Notes under the pieces: generated by a model
Seen by the model: only the letters and a program-made list of their open reading frames with translations
Told to the model about the DNA's origin: nothing
Databases searched by the model: none
Shown: piece by piece, positions 17,331 to 25,912 of the stretch
Position numbering within the stretch: the first letter of the stretch is position 1
Layout: the number at the start of each line of letters is the position of its first letter
Source of the DNA: Deltaproteobacteria bacterium
GTDB lineage: Bacteria > Myxococcota > Kuafuiibacteriia > Kuafuiibacteriales > Kuafuiibacteriaceae
Length of the DNA: 64,000 nucleotides
NCBI GenBank assembly: GCA_011526105.1
Contig: WYAZ01000107.1
Span: forward strand, 12,865-76,864
Direction of reading: 5' to 3'
Program-made: the position numbers and the translations under genes

Positions 17331-18665
17331 GTGGCCCGAATCCGCAACCGTCGCCGGACCTTGGACCACGTCCCATCACTCACCGCGTACGTGCTCGCCA
17401 CCGGTCGGCGAATCGCCCCCTTTGGGGACACGGTCGGAGAGGTCCGGCTAGGAAACCGGAGCCTCGCGGAGCAGCAAGACCTCGTGTTCCGCGCGATCGG
17501 CGCCAGGGTTCAACGCGTCGAGCGACTGCCGGAGAAACTCGATACACCCAGCCTGGTCCTGCTCGATGACGTTTACCTCTCCTACGTGATGCTCGAGCAG
17601 TTCGTCGCGCTCGCACACGAACGAGGAAGCAACGCGCGACTTGCGCTCGAGAAGCTCGGAGGTCCCTCGAATCGGGTTGCGCTCATGGGGGTCGAAGAGG
17701 TGGACGACGGCCTCTCCCGCAAGCTCGAGCTCTACGGGCTCTGGTACGTGGCGGACGGGGACGGGGCCGCCTCGAGCTCTGCCGCCGAGTTGAGCACGCG
17801 CCTCGACAGCACGTGCCGTCCGCTCATCGTGCCGCGCCAAGAGATCACGGAGAAGCTGCGCATGCCCAAGGTGCCGGGCTCCGATCAGGACGCGGTGGAG
17901 GTGCCGGTCACGGCGCGGGTCGTGGGTCACGTGCGCCACTGGGTTCACGTGCTTCGCTTGAACCAGATGCTGATCGGGGTCTCTTTGTGGGACCACATCC
18001 GCCAGAATCGCGGGCGAGTTCGGCGCCATTTCATACGCGCGTTCTTTGCGACGCTCTTCGGGGACCGCTCCCTCGATCGTCGCCGGATCCTCGCGCGAAT
18101 GTTCGGAGGTCTAAACGTCATCGAGGAGGGTGCGCGCATTCATCCAACGGCGGAGGTGCGCGGATCTTTCATCGGCCGAAACGCGCGAATTGGCGCGGGC
18201 GCGAAGATCCGGAGCTCAATGATCGGAGAGGGCGCGGTCATCACCGAGGATGCGTGCATCAACCACTCGGTCATCGGAGAGCGCTGCCTGGTCCTTCGCG
18301 ACACGTACATGCTCGGTTGTGTGGCGTATCCCGAATCCACCCTCTCGAACTACAAGGTGCAGCTATCGGTTTTTGGGCGGCGTTCGTTTCTCACCGCCTC
18401 GGTCGCGCTGGTCGACGCGAAGTTTCACGGGAACGTGAAGGTGCAGCATGAGGGCAAGATCGAGGACACCGGATCTCCGTTCCTAGGGGTGTGTCTGGGG
18501 CACGACGTGGTGCTGGGCGCGCACGTCACGGTGCAGGCGGGGCGCGCCATCCCCAACGGCTATGAGATCGTGACGCCGCCCGGGCTCGTACTTCGCGAGC
18601 TCCCGCTCGGACTGCCACAGAAGAAGCCGCTCGTGGTCGAGAACGGCACCCTTCGGCCACTTTGA
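17331..18665 (+). CDS. degenerate nucleotidyltransferase-like / left-handed beta-helix (hexapeptide) protein
   Basis: GTG start. C-terminal hexapeptide-type repeats IEEGARIHPTAEVRGSFIGRNARIGAGAKIRSSMIGEGAVITEDACINHSVIGERCLV. The N-terminal region resembles an NTP-transferase fold but lacks a clean GxGxR motif. Confidence 0.55.
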   Translation: MARIRNRRRTLDHVPSLTAYVLATGRRIAPFGDTVGEVRLGNRSLAEQQDLVFRAIGARVQRVERLPEKLDTPSLVLLDDVYLSYVMLEQFVALAHERGSNARLALEKLGGPSNRVALMGVEEVDDGLSRKLELYGLWYVADGDGAASSSAAELSTRLDSTCRPLIVPRQEITEKLRMPKVPGSDQDAVEVPVTARVVGHVRHWVHVLRLNQMLIGVSLWDHIRQNRGRVRRHFIRAFFATLFGDRSLDRRRILARMFGGLNVIEEGARIHPTAEVRGSFIGRNARIGAGAKIRSSMIGEGAVITEDACINHSVIGERCLVLRDTYMLGCVAYPESTLSNYKVQLSVFGRRSFLTASVALVDAKFHGNVKVQHEGKIEDTGSPFLGVCLGHDVVLGAHVTVQAGRAIPNGYEIVTPPGLVLRELPLGLPQKKPLVVENGTLRPL

Positions 18666-18695
18666 ACTCGAACCGCCGGGGTCGATTGAGCCGTT

Positions 18696-20033
18696 CTACT
18701 TGGGAGCGAGCTCGATCGCTCGTCCGTGCAGTCTCCATCCCAGCGCGCTCGCGGGTCGCGCGGCGGTTCGCTCCGCGATGTAGTGACGTGCGAGGTTGTT
18801 CTGCTTCGATCGGAGCGCGGCTTCGATGAGCGTGAGGTTGATGATGTCGCGTTGCGCGTGGCTCCCCCCGAACCGCCAGGCGCCGTCGCGTGCGGCGACG
18901 ATCTCCTGAGCGGCCTCGATGTAGCGGCCCTGGCCGAACGCGGCAAAGCCTCGCGCGAGCGGCCTCGAGACCTCTCGGCTCATCATGCCGTTGAGTGTCA
19001 CGGCCGAAGCGGCTTGGTTGATGTCATCCATGAGTCGGGCCATCGGCGCCTCCCGGCCTGTGGCCACGAAGGCGATGAGAGCATGCAGATCGTTGAAAGC
19101 GTAGAAGCCGCGTTCGCTGTCGAGCTTCTGCTCCCACACGCGCGCGATCGTCTGGAAGCGGGATCCCACGTCCACCCCCGCCATTTGGAGGCGCCAGAGC
19201 AGCGTTGTGGCGTCGACCATCGTCATCGATAGGTCGAGAGCGGGATCGGGGTAGATCACCCGGTCGTAGAGATCGAGCACCTGGCCGTACTGACCCCGAT
19301 CGAACTGAAACAGCGCGAGGTGCCACCAGTTGTGGAAGGCCAGCGCGTTGTGTGGGGCCCAGTCCCTCTCTCTCGAAGCGAGAAAGTGAATGCCTTCTTC
19401 CACGCGGCCGCTCATCTCGTAGACGTGGACCGCCGCGTGAACCGCCCATCCATCCTTGGGCTCGAGCGTCAGGGCCCTCAGCGCCGTCGCCTCGGCCTCC
19501 GCGTATTGGTTACACTCCTCCAGGCCGAAGGCGTACATGCCGAGCAGGTAGGAGTAGCCGGGCACACTCGGGCTCCAGTGCGGGAGGATTCGGCTGACGC
19601 GATTCCGCAGGTTCTGAGCGTCACCTCGGAGAAAGTCGACGAGGTGCGCGGTCTGCGCGGCGAAGATGTCCCGCGGGTAGTCGACGAGCACCTCGTCGTA
19701 GAGCGCACAGCCCTTGTCCCACGCACCGCTCACCAACCGCTCCGCGGCGGCGACCAGCCCCTTCTCTCGGTCGTTGGCGCGCGAGAGGAGCTTCTGCGCT
19801 TCGGTGACGCTCTCCGCGGCGATGTTCCTGAATCGAGCCTCGCCAAAGGTCATGAGGATGCCGGCCTTCACCGCGTGCGCGAGCACGAAGTCGGGCTGCT
19901 CCGCGAGCGCCAGATCGAGCGTGGCGATCGCATCGCCGACGTACGATTGGTACTGGCGCAGCGCGAGCTCGTGCAGCTCGATGGCCTTCGCATTGTCGCA
20001 GGAGACGGGGTTGGCACGTGCGTCGGTCTTCAT
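18696..20033 (-). CDS. TPR protein, TTC38-like
   Basis: 445 aa from MKTDARANPVSCDNAKA. TTC38-family-like layout (...YLLGMYAFGLEECNQYAEAE...GWAVHAAVHVYEMSGR...NWWHLALF...). Confidence 0.65.
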   Translation of the reverse strand: MKTDARANPVSCDNAKAIELHELALRQYQSYVGDAIATLDLALAEQPDFVLAHAVKAGILMTFGEARFRNIAAESVTEAQKLLSRANDREKGLVAAAERLVSGAWDKGCALYDEVLVDYPRDIFAAQTAHLVDFLRGDAQNLRNRVSRILPHWSPSVPGYSYLLGMYAFGLEECNQYAEAEATALRALTLEPKDGWAVHAAVHVYEMSGRVEEGIHFLASRERDWAPHNALAFHNWWHLALFQFDRGQYGQVLDLYDRVIYPDPALDLSMTMVDATTLLWRLQMAGVDVGSRFQTIARVWEQKLDSERGFYAFNDLHALIAFVATGREAPMARLMDDINQAASAVTLNGMMSREVSRPLARGFAAFGQGRYIEAAQEIVAARDGAWRFGGSHAQRDIINLTLIEAALRSKQNNLARHYIAERTAARPASALGWRLHGRAIELAPK

Positions 20034-20110
20034 GGTCGACCGAGATGCTTGCCCGAGTCGAGCGATGGGCGCAACTCGTCCCCCGCGAAAGCCACGCCTC
20101 GGACGGGACA

Positions 20111-20887
20111 CTAGCTCCGCAGCACCACGCGGAAGTGGCCCTTCCACCACGTCACTCCGTCGCGACCCTCCGGGGTGAGCGCGATGATCAGGCTCTCTTC
20201 ATCCGAGTTGCAGACCCCGCAAGAGTCGTTCGGGGCAAGGAACGGATCACCTTCGAAGTAGAGTTGCGTCGTGAGCGGCGTGTAACCGGGCCGACTGAAG
20301 GTGAAGTGTACGTGGGCGGGACGCATGCCGCCCGCGTCGGGATAATTGCCAGGCCTTACGCTCGTAAAGGCGAAGCGACCGTCGGCATCGCTCATGAGCA
20401 GCGCGCGCAGGCGATAGTCCGCCGAGGTTGTGTCGTATCGGCCCTCGGCGTCGGCTTGCCACACGTCGATCACTGCGCCATCGAGCGGGGTCTGACAGTC
20501 TGGATCCAGCACGACGCCGGTGATCTCCAAGCGGTCGCCCGGCTCCTCGGCGCCCACGAGGCTCGCGCGCGAAGGAGCGCCGGGTCGAAAGAAGGGCCCA
20601 GTGACATCGCTGGCGGTGGGTTCGCAACTCGCCGGCCCTGCATCCCATCCGGCGTCCGGCCCCGCGCCCAGATCTGTGACACTCGCGTCCAAGCCCGAGC
20701 CGCCGTCCAGCGCGACGTCGAGGCCAAAGCCCGCATCCGACCCGAGATCGGAATCACCGAGATCGATGGTCCCCGGCAAGGCCTCGCCGCATCCCGAGGC
20801 GGAGGCCGCCGCGAGGGCGGCCGAACCAAACGAGAGGCAGCGGATGGCTGAGCGGCGGTCGAGGGCGAGCGCGGTGCGATGAGCCAT
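20111..20887 (-). CDS. intradiol ring-cleavage dioxygenase with Tat-type signal and D/G/S-rich linker
   Basis: MAHRTALALDRRSAIRCLSFGSAALAAASASGC, then a low-complexity linker, then the dioxygenase core TGPFFRPGAP...IDVWQADAEGRYD...RPAHVHFTFS. Alternative ATG at 20923. Confidence 0.8.
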   Translation of the reverse strand: MAHRTALALDRRSAIRCLSFGSAALAAASASGCGEALPGTIDLGDSDLGSDAGFGLDVALDGGSGLDASVTDLGAGPDAGWDAGPASCEPTASDVTGPFFRPGAPSRASLVGAEEPGDRLEITGVVLDPDCQTPLDGAVIDVWQADAEGRYDTTSADYRLRALLMSDADGRFAFTSVRPGNYPDAGGMRPAHVHFTFSRPGYTPLTTQLYFEGDPFLAPNDSCGVCNSDEESLIIALTPEGRDGVTWWKGHFRVVLRS

Positions 20888-20927
20888 GGGGTGAGTATGC
20901 TGGGTTTCTCGAAGGCTCTCCATTAGA

Positions 20928-21845
20928 ATGATGAGGATGAATCGTGCGAACCTCGTGAACGGTATCTGGTCTTATCTTCCCGCGTTTCGTGCGGTGGCTG
21001 AGACCGAGCACCTTCCTACCGCCGCGAAGGCGCTTCACGTGGTGCCCTCAGCCTTGTCTCGTTCCGTTCGCCTGCTCGAGGAGGCGGTCGGCGAGCAGCT
21101 CTTTGCTCGGCAGGGCCGGCGGCTCGTGCTCAACGCTCAGGGCCGTGCGCTGCTGGACGCCGTGCGCGAGAGCGTGGGCACCATCGAGCGTGGGTTGGCA
21201 CGCGCCGGCGAGCAGGACTTCGAGGGTGAGCTGCGGGTGGGCACCATCGGGGTCCTGACGAATCATGTGGTGCTCCCGATCTTGCTCGATCTCGTCGCCG
21301 AGCGGCCGAAGATCGTACCGACCATGCGGGCCTGTGGCGCGCGCGAGTCGAATCACCGGCTCGCCATCGGTGCGCTCGACCTCGCGTTCTACTACGACGC
21401 CACGTCCATGGACGGTGTTTGGTGCGAGCGCCTCGGCGCTCTCGGTGCCTCTGTCTACTGTGGGCGTCGTCATCCGTTGTTTGCCGCCAAGCGAGTCACT
21501 CAGAAGATGTTGCTGGAACATCCGTTTTCCGTGCCTCAGATCGGCGACCGCAACGTGCCCATGGACGGATGGCCGGTGCACCTCGAGCGCAAAGTGGGGA
21601 TGCGCATCGAGCTCTTGCTCACGAACTTAGATGTCGCGCTCTCGGGACGCTTTGTTTGTGTGTTGCCGGATGTGGTCGCGCTGCCCCACGCTCGGGCCAA
21701 GCGTCTTCGACGATTCTCCTTCGATCTCGTTCCGCCCATCGAGGTCTATGGCGCCTGCCGCGAGGGCGACCAGGACCGCGACTTACATCGGCGTGTCTTT
21801 GGCGCGGTGCGCGAGTCGATCGAAGAGCTGAGTTCTAAGGAATGA
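20928..21845 (+). CDS. LysR-family transcriptional regulator
   Basis: N-terminal HTH LPAFRAVAETEHLPTAAKALHVVPSALSRSVRLLEEAVGEQLFARQGRRLVLN followed by a LysR substrate-binding domain. Divergent from the dioxygenase gene. Confidence 0.85.
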   Translation: MMRMNRANLVNGIWSYLPAFRAVAETEHLPTAAKALHVVPSALSRSVRLLEEAVGEQLFARQGRRLVLNAQGRALLDAVRESVGTIERGLARAGEQDFEGELRVGTIGVLTNHVVLPILLDLVAERPKIVPTMRACGARESNHRLAIGALDLAFYYDATSMDGVWCERLGALGASVYCGRRHPLFAAKRVTQKMLLEHPFSVPQIGDRNVPMDGWPVHLERKVGMRIELLLTNLDVALSGRFVCVLPDVVALPHARAKRLRRFSFDLVPPIEVYGACREGDQDRDLHRRVFGAVRESIEELSSKE

Positions 21846-23376
21846 GGACAAACTCGATGCGACGGTTCTCGGCTCGACCCGCGGCCGTGTTGTTGTCGGC
21901 GATGGGGTGGTTGGGGCCCAATCCCTTCGCCTCCACACGGGTGGGACCCACGCCCTGCGCGAGCAGGTAAGCGCGGACCGCATCCGCGCGCTGTTGAGAC
22001 AGCTCGAGGTTGACCTCGAGCTTCCCCGATGTGTCGGTGTGTCCTTGCACTTCCATACGGAGGTTCGTGAACTCGAGCAGCACCTTGGCGGCTTGGTTCA
22101 AGATGTCGAACGAACTCTTCTCGATCTCGGCGCTGCCGGCCTTGAACGTGATGCCCTTGATCTTGCCGGTGAACTTCTTCACGGCCTCCGGCAGCTCATC
22201 GGGACAGCCATCCTCGTCTTCGAAGCCGTTCTTGGTCTCGGGCTCCGCCGGACACTGATCGAGTTCGTCCGAGACCCCGTCGTCGTCGGTGTCGCGCGTG
22301 GGACAACCTGAGGGCTCGGGTCCGGGTTCGGTGGGGCAGCGATCGCGCACCGTCGGGATTCCGTCGCCGTCCGGGTCGGGATCGGGACAGCCCGACGGTG
22401 CGGGGCCGGACTCATCCGGACACTCGTCGCTCGCGTCGGTCACTCCGTCCTTGTCCCTGTCGCGCGGCGGGCAGCCATCCGGGGTGTTCGCGGCAGCGTC
22501 CGGACAGGCGTCATCCTGGTCGGGCACGCCGTCACCATCCGAGTCTTCGAGGGGGCAGCCATCGGGTCCTTCTCCCGGCTCGTCCACGCAGGCGTCTCGA
22601 TCGTCGGGGACCTGGTCGTTGTCTTGGTCTTTTGCCGGGCAGCCGTCGGGGGGCAGGCCCTTCTCGCTCGGGCACTTGTCCTGATCGCCGCGCACTCCGT
22701 CGCCGTCGGGATCCGGATCCTCTTCGCCCTCACGACCGAGCACGAAGCTCACCCCGAAGAGCACCTCGAAGTGGTTGGCGCTTGGATCGTCATCGGGCGA
22801 GTCGATGGGATCGACCCCGCCAGAGACGATATGGCGTGCATCTAGACGCAGGGTGAAGTTCTTGTGGGCGAAGTACTTGCCACCCAGGCCCCAATGGAAC
22901 GCGAGGTCGGCGTCGCTTCCCAGCGCCTCATCGGCAGAGTTCCCGATGAGCGTCCCCATGCCCATCACCGCGAAGGGCGCGAACCGTCCGATGGGATACT
23001 GGCCGACCACCTGACCGCGCGCCGCGAGGAGCATGTATCCTTCGCTGCTCCGTTTGGTGCTCGTGGGTGCGAGCGCACCCTCGAACTCGAGCCCCACGTA
23101 TGGAATCGGGAAGTACGCTGCGCGGAGACCGAGCTCGGGCGCGACGTTTCCGATCGGTTGGTGGATGGCCACGGTGGGGTCGTAGAGCTCGTGTCGGCTC
23201 GAGATGATGCCGAGACCAGCGAAGAGCCCGAGCTCGACCACGTGATCGTTCCAAGCGAGTGGGTCTCTCTCAGCCGTTGGGGTGGGGGCTGGCTTCTTCT
23301 GTGCCTGCGCCGAACCGACGGTCGAGAAGAGCGTCAACGCGCCGAAGAGAAGGGCCTCGAACCTTGTCGTTCTCAT
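21835..23376 (-). CDS. OmpA-family outer-membrane protein with thrombospondin type-3 repeats
   Basis: Signal peptide LLFGALTLFSTVGSAQA. N-terminal beta-barrel-like region. Repeated DxDxDGxxDxxDxCP units. C-terminal OmpA domain VQGHTDTSG...NLELSQQRADAV...NRRIEFVL. Confidence 0.9.
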   Translation of the reverse strand: MRTTRFEALLFGALTLFSTVGSAQAQKKPAPTPTAERDPLAWNDHVVELGLFAGLGIISSRHELYDPTVAIHQPIGNVAPELGLRAAYFPIPYVGLEFEGALAPTSTKRSSEGYMLLAARGQVVGQYPIGRFAPFAVMGMGTLIGNSADEALGSDADLAFHWGLGGKYFAHKNFTLRLDARHIVSGGVDPIDSPDDDPSANHFEVLFGVSFVLGREGEEDPDPDGDGVRGDQDKCPSEKGLPPDGCPAKDQDNDQVPDDRDACVDEPGEGPDGCPLEDSDGDGVPDQDDACPDAAANTPDGCPPRDRDKDGVTDASDECPDESGPAPSGCPDPDPDGDGIPTVRDRCPTEPGPEPSGCPTRDTDDDGVSDELDQCPAEPETKNGFEDEDGCPDELPEAVKKFTGKIKGITFKAGSAEIEKSSFDILNQAAKVLLEFTNLRMEVQGHTDTSGKLEVNLELSQQRADAVRAYLLAQGVGPTRVEAKGLGPNHPIADNNTAAGRAENRRIEFVLIP

Positions 23377-23441
23377 GGGTTGGGCAAGGCTTAGGACAAG
23401 GACAGGTTGGTCGCAAGGTGGGTCTGCTATAGTCAGGCCTC

Positions 23442-25112
23442 ATGTTGCGCGGGGTTTTCTGCCTGATATCGATGACGTGTGTGCTCGCCTGTGCGGAGGA
23501 CCCCTGCCGACAGGACGCGCCCAGCGTACAGATCGAGGTCGTCGCCGACGAGGTGTCTCGGGCGACCTCCATCCGAGAGATCGATGTGCGCCTTCGGTAT
23601 CAGGACCGTACCGTGGCCAAGAACTTTCAGCTCGACGACGAGCTCTTCGATGGCCGGGCCTCGCTCGAGGTCGTGCTCGATCCTCCACCCAGCGGCAGTT
23701 TCATGCTCGAAGTGGAGGTCGAGGCTCGGGCCGCCGGTTTAAGGCTCGTCGAGACTACGCAGGCCGAAGCCACAGCGGATGGCTGTAATCGAATCTCGAT
23801 CGACCTCACCGACAGTGTTCCTCCTCCCCCCGGAGATGCAGGGGTCGATGCGGGCGGGCCCGACGTGGGTCGGCCGCCCGGCGACGCCGGGGCGGATGCC
23901 GGATTGGACGCCGGTCTTCCCGATCTCGGTCAACCCGAGATCTGCGGAGACGGCGTCGTCACAAACCTCGAGGCTTGCGACGACGGCAACGAGCTGGACA
24001 GAGATGGATGCTCAGGCTGCGCGGTCGATGATGGCTTTGGATGCAGCGGCTCACCCAGCCGTTGTGAGATCTGGTGGAACCCGGACTACGCCCATCGTCG
24101 ACGGGTCGCGGTCGCGGTCGGGCCGAAGTCCCCCTTCAACGGCTATCAGTCCTACACGCTCCGGGTGCAAGGCCTCGACACCGCTCGTCTCATCGAGGCG
24201 GGCGAGCTCGGAGGCAACTGCGCCGATCTCCGGGTGGTGCTTGCCGATCAGGCCCAGGACGCAGCGGCTGCGCTTCCGCGGAACATCGTGCGCTGCGGGT
24301 CGACCGACACGGAGGTCCACTTCATGTCGCCAGTGGATCTCCCGGCCAATACGCTCGTCGATCGCTTCTTCATCTACTTCGGAGGCCCGAACGCTCCGGT
24401 CGAAGAGCAGCCGAGCAGCCGCAACGTCTACTTGTTCTACGATGACGCCACGAGTGACCGCCGAGGCCGCTACGTCCACGGTCGCATCGACGACTGGTAC
24501 GACGCCTGGGACGACTCTCTGTCTTGGAACTCGAACGGCTACTACAACTACAGCTCCCCGAACGACACCGTGAGTGGTTATCGACGGGTGATGGAGGAAC
24601 GCGACGTGTACGCGGAGGCTGAGTTCTATCACACCGGCTGTGCCCCGCAGAACATGGTCACCGGCATCATCCTTCGCGGCATCATCGCCGGCGGCAGCAC
24701 CATCACCGAGACCGCGGATCACTACTACTTTTCGGGTCGGCTCGATCAGGCCGGCTGCGGCGAAGGCTACGTCGAGGACGGAGACATCTCCCGTGGGCAC
24801 TGGCGGAGCACCATCGTCGATGGCGACAAGCCCCCGCAGATCACCTCCAACGTCTGGCGCAAGCACGCTCTTGCCGCGGTGGGCGAGGATCTTACGACCC
24901 TAACCTCTTGGGACTCGGACACCGCTTGGTCCAGTCCCGGTTTCCCCGATCGGGCCCCCCTTGTCCGTGGCACCGATCCCGCCGCCGCGAGCTCACCGGG
25001 TTTTGCTGCGTTCATCACCACGCAGGACACTGGTCGGATCCGTCGCTTCCTGGTGAGGCGCTTCACGGATCCGGAACCCCTGGTGAACCTCGGGCCGCAG
25101 GAGAGCCTCTAG
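23442..25112 (+). CDS. lipoprotein with myxococcus cysteine-rich repeat and DUF2341/LamG-like region
   Basis: Lipobox CVLAC. D/A/G linker. ICGDGVVTNLEACDDGNELDRDGCSGC. WWNPDYAHRRRVAV resembles the DUF2341 start. Confidence 0.6.
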   Translation: MLRGVFCLISMTCVLACAEDPCRQDAPSVQIEVVADEVSRATSIREIDVRLRYQDRTVAKNFQLDDELFDGRASLEVVLDPPPSGSFMLEVEVEARAAGLRLVETTQAEATADGCNRISIDLTDSVPPPPGDAGVDAGGPDVGRPPGDAGADAGLDAGLPDLGQPEICGDGVVTNLEACDDGNELDRDGCSGCAVDDGFGCSGSPSRCEIWWNPDYAHRRRVAVAVGPKSPFNGYQSYTLRVQGLDTARLIEAGELGGNCADLRVVLADQAQDAAAALPRNIVRCGSTDTEVHFMSPVDLPANTLVDRFFIYFGGPNAPVEEQPSSRNVYLFYDDATSDRRGRYVHGRIDDWYDAWDDSLSWNSNGYYNYSSPNDTVSGYRRVMEERDVYAEAEFYHTGCAPQNMVTGIILRGIIAGGSTITETADHYYFSGRLDQAGCGEGYVEDGDISRGHWRSTIVDGDKPPQITSNVWRKHALAAVGEDLTTLTSWDSDTAWSSPGFPDRAPLVRGTDPAAASSPGFAAFITTQDTGRIRRFLVRRFTDPEPLVNLGPQESL

Positions 25113-25162
25113 AGCGCCTCCTTCGGCTTGACCCTCGCCCGTCGGGGGCCGAAGACGGGTCC

Positions 25163-25912
25163 ATGGCTCCGATTGTTCGCATCGAGAACGTAGTGAAAGA
25201 GTACCCCCTCGGGAACCTCGTCGTCCGAGCACTCCAAGGGGTGGATCTCAGCATCGATCGCGGCGAGTTCACGACTATCGCGGGGCCTTCTGGCAGCGGA
25301 AAGACGACCCTACTCAACTTGATTGGCTGCGTGGACGTCCCGACCTCGGGGGTGGTGGAGATCGACGGGGATTCGACCTCGAAGCTTCACGACAAAGAGC
25401 TGACTCGGCTCCGTTTGCACAAGATCGGCTTCATCTTTCAGAGCTTCAATCTCGTCTCCGTTCTCGATCTGTTTCAGAACGTCGAGTTTCCGCTCCTGCT
25501 TCAGGGAGGGCTCACGAAGAAGGAGCGCGAGCTGCGGGTCCGCGACATGGTCGACAAGGTGGGCCTCACGCCTCAGCTGAGGCAGCGTCCGAACGAGCTC
25601 TCCGGTGGGCAAAGGCAGCGTGTGGCCATCGCTCGCGCTCTGGTCACGAAGCCCAAGTTGGTGCTCGCGGATGAACCCACCGCGAACCTGGACTCCGTCA
25701 CCGGCCTGGCCATCATCGAGCTCATGCGGGAGATGAACGCCAAGGAGTCCACCACATTCATATTCTCCACGCATGACCCCAAGGTCATGGAACACGCCTC
25801 TCGCATCGTTCACATCGTCGATGGCCGCATTCACAGCGATGAACGAACCGATTTCCTCTCGTCCCCGCTCGCTGAGACGGGTGGGCGCGCGGAAGCGCAG
25901 GCCGCGCCGTGA
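25163..25912 (+). CDS. ABC transporter ATP-binding protein (LolD/MacB type)
   Basis: Walker A GPSGSGKTT. Signature LSGGQRQRVAIARAL. Walker B LVLADEPT. Internal ATG of a longer ORF. Confidence 0.9.
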   Translation: MAPIVRIENVVKEYPLGNLVVRALQGVDLSIDRGEFTTIAGPSGSGKTTLLNLIGCVDVPTSGVVEIDGDSTSKLHDKELTRLRLHKIGFIFQSFNLVSVLDLFQNVEFPLLLQGGLTKKERELRVRDMVDKVGLTPQLRQRPNELSGGQRQRVAIARALVTKPKLVLADEPTANLDSVTGLAIIELMREMNAKESTTFIFSTHDPKVMEHASRIVHIVDGRIHSDERTDFLSSPLAETGGRAEAQAAP

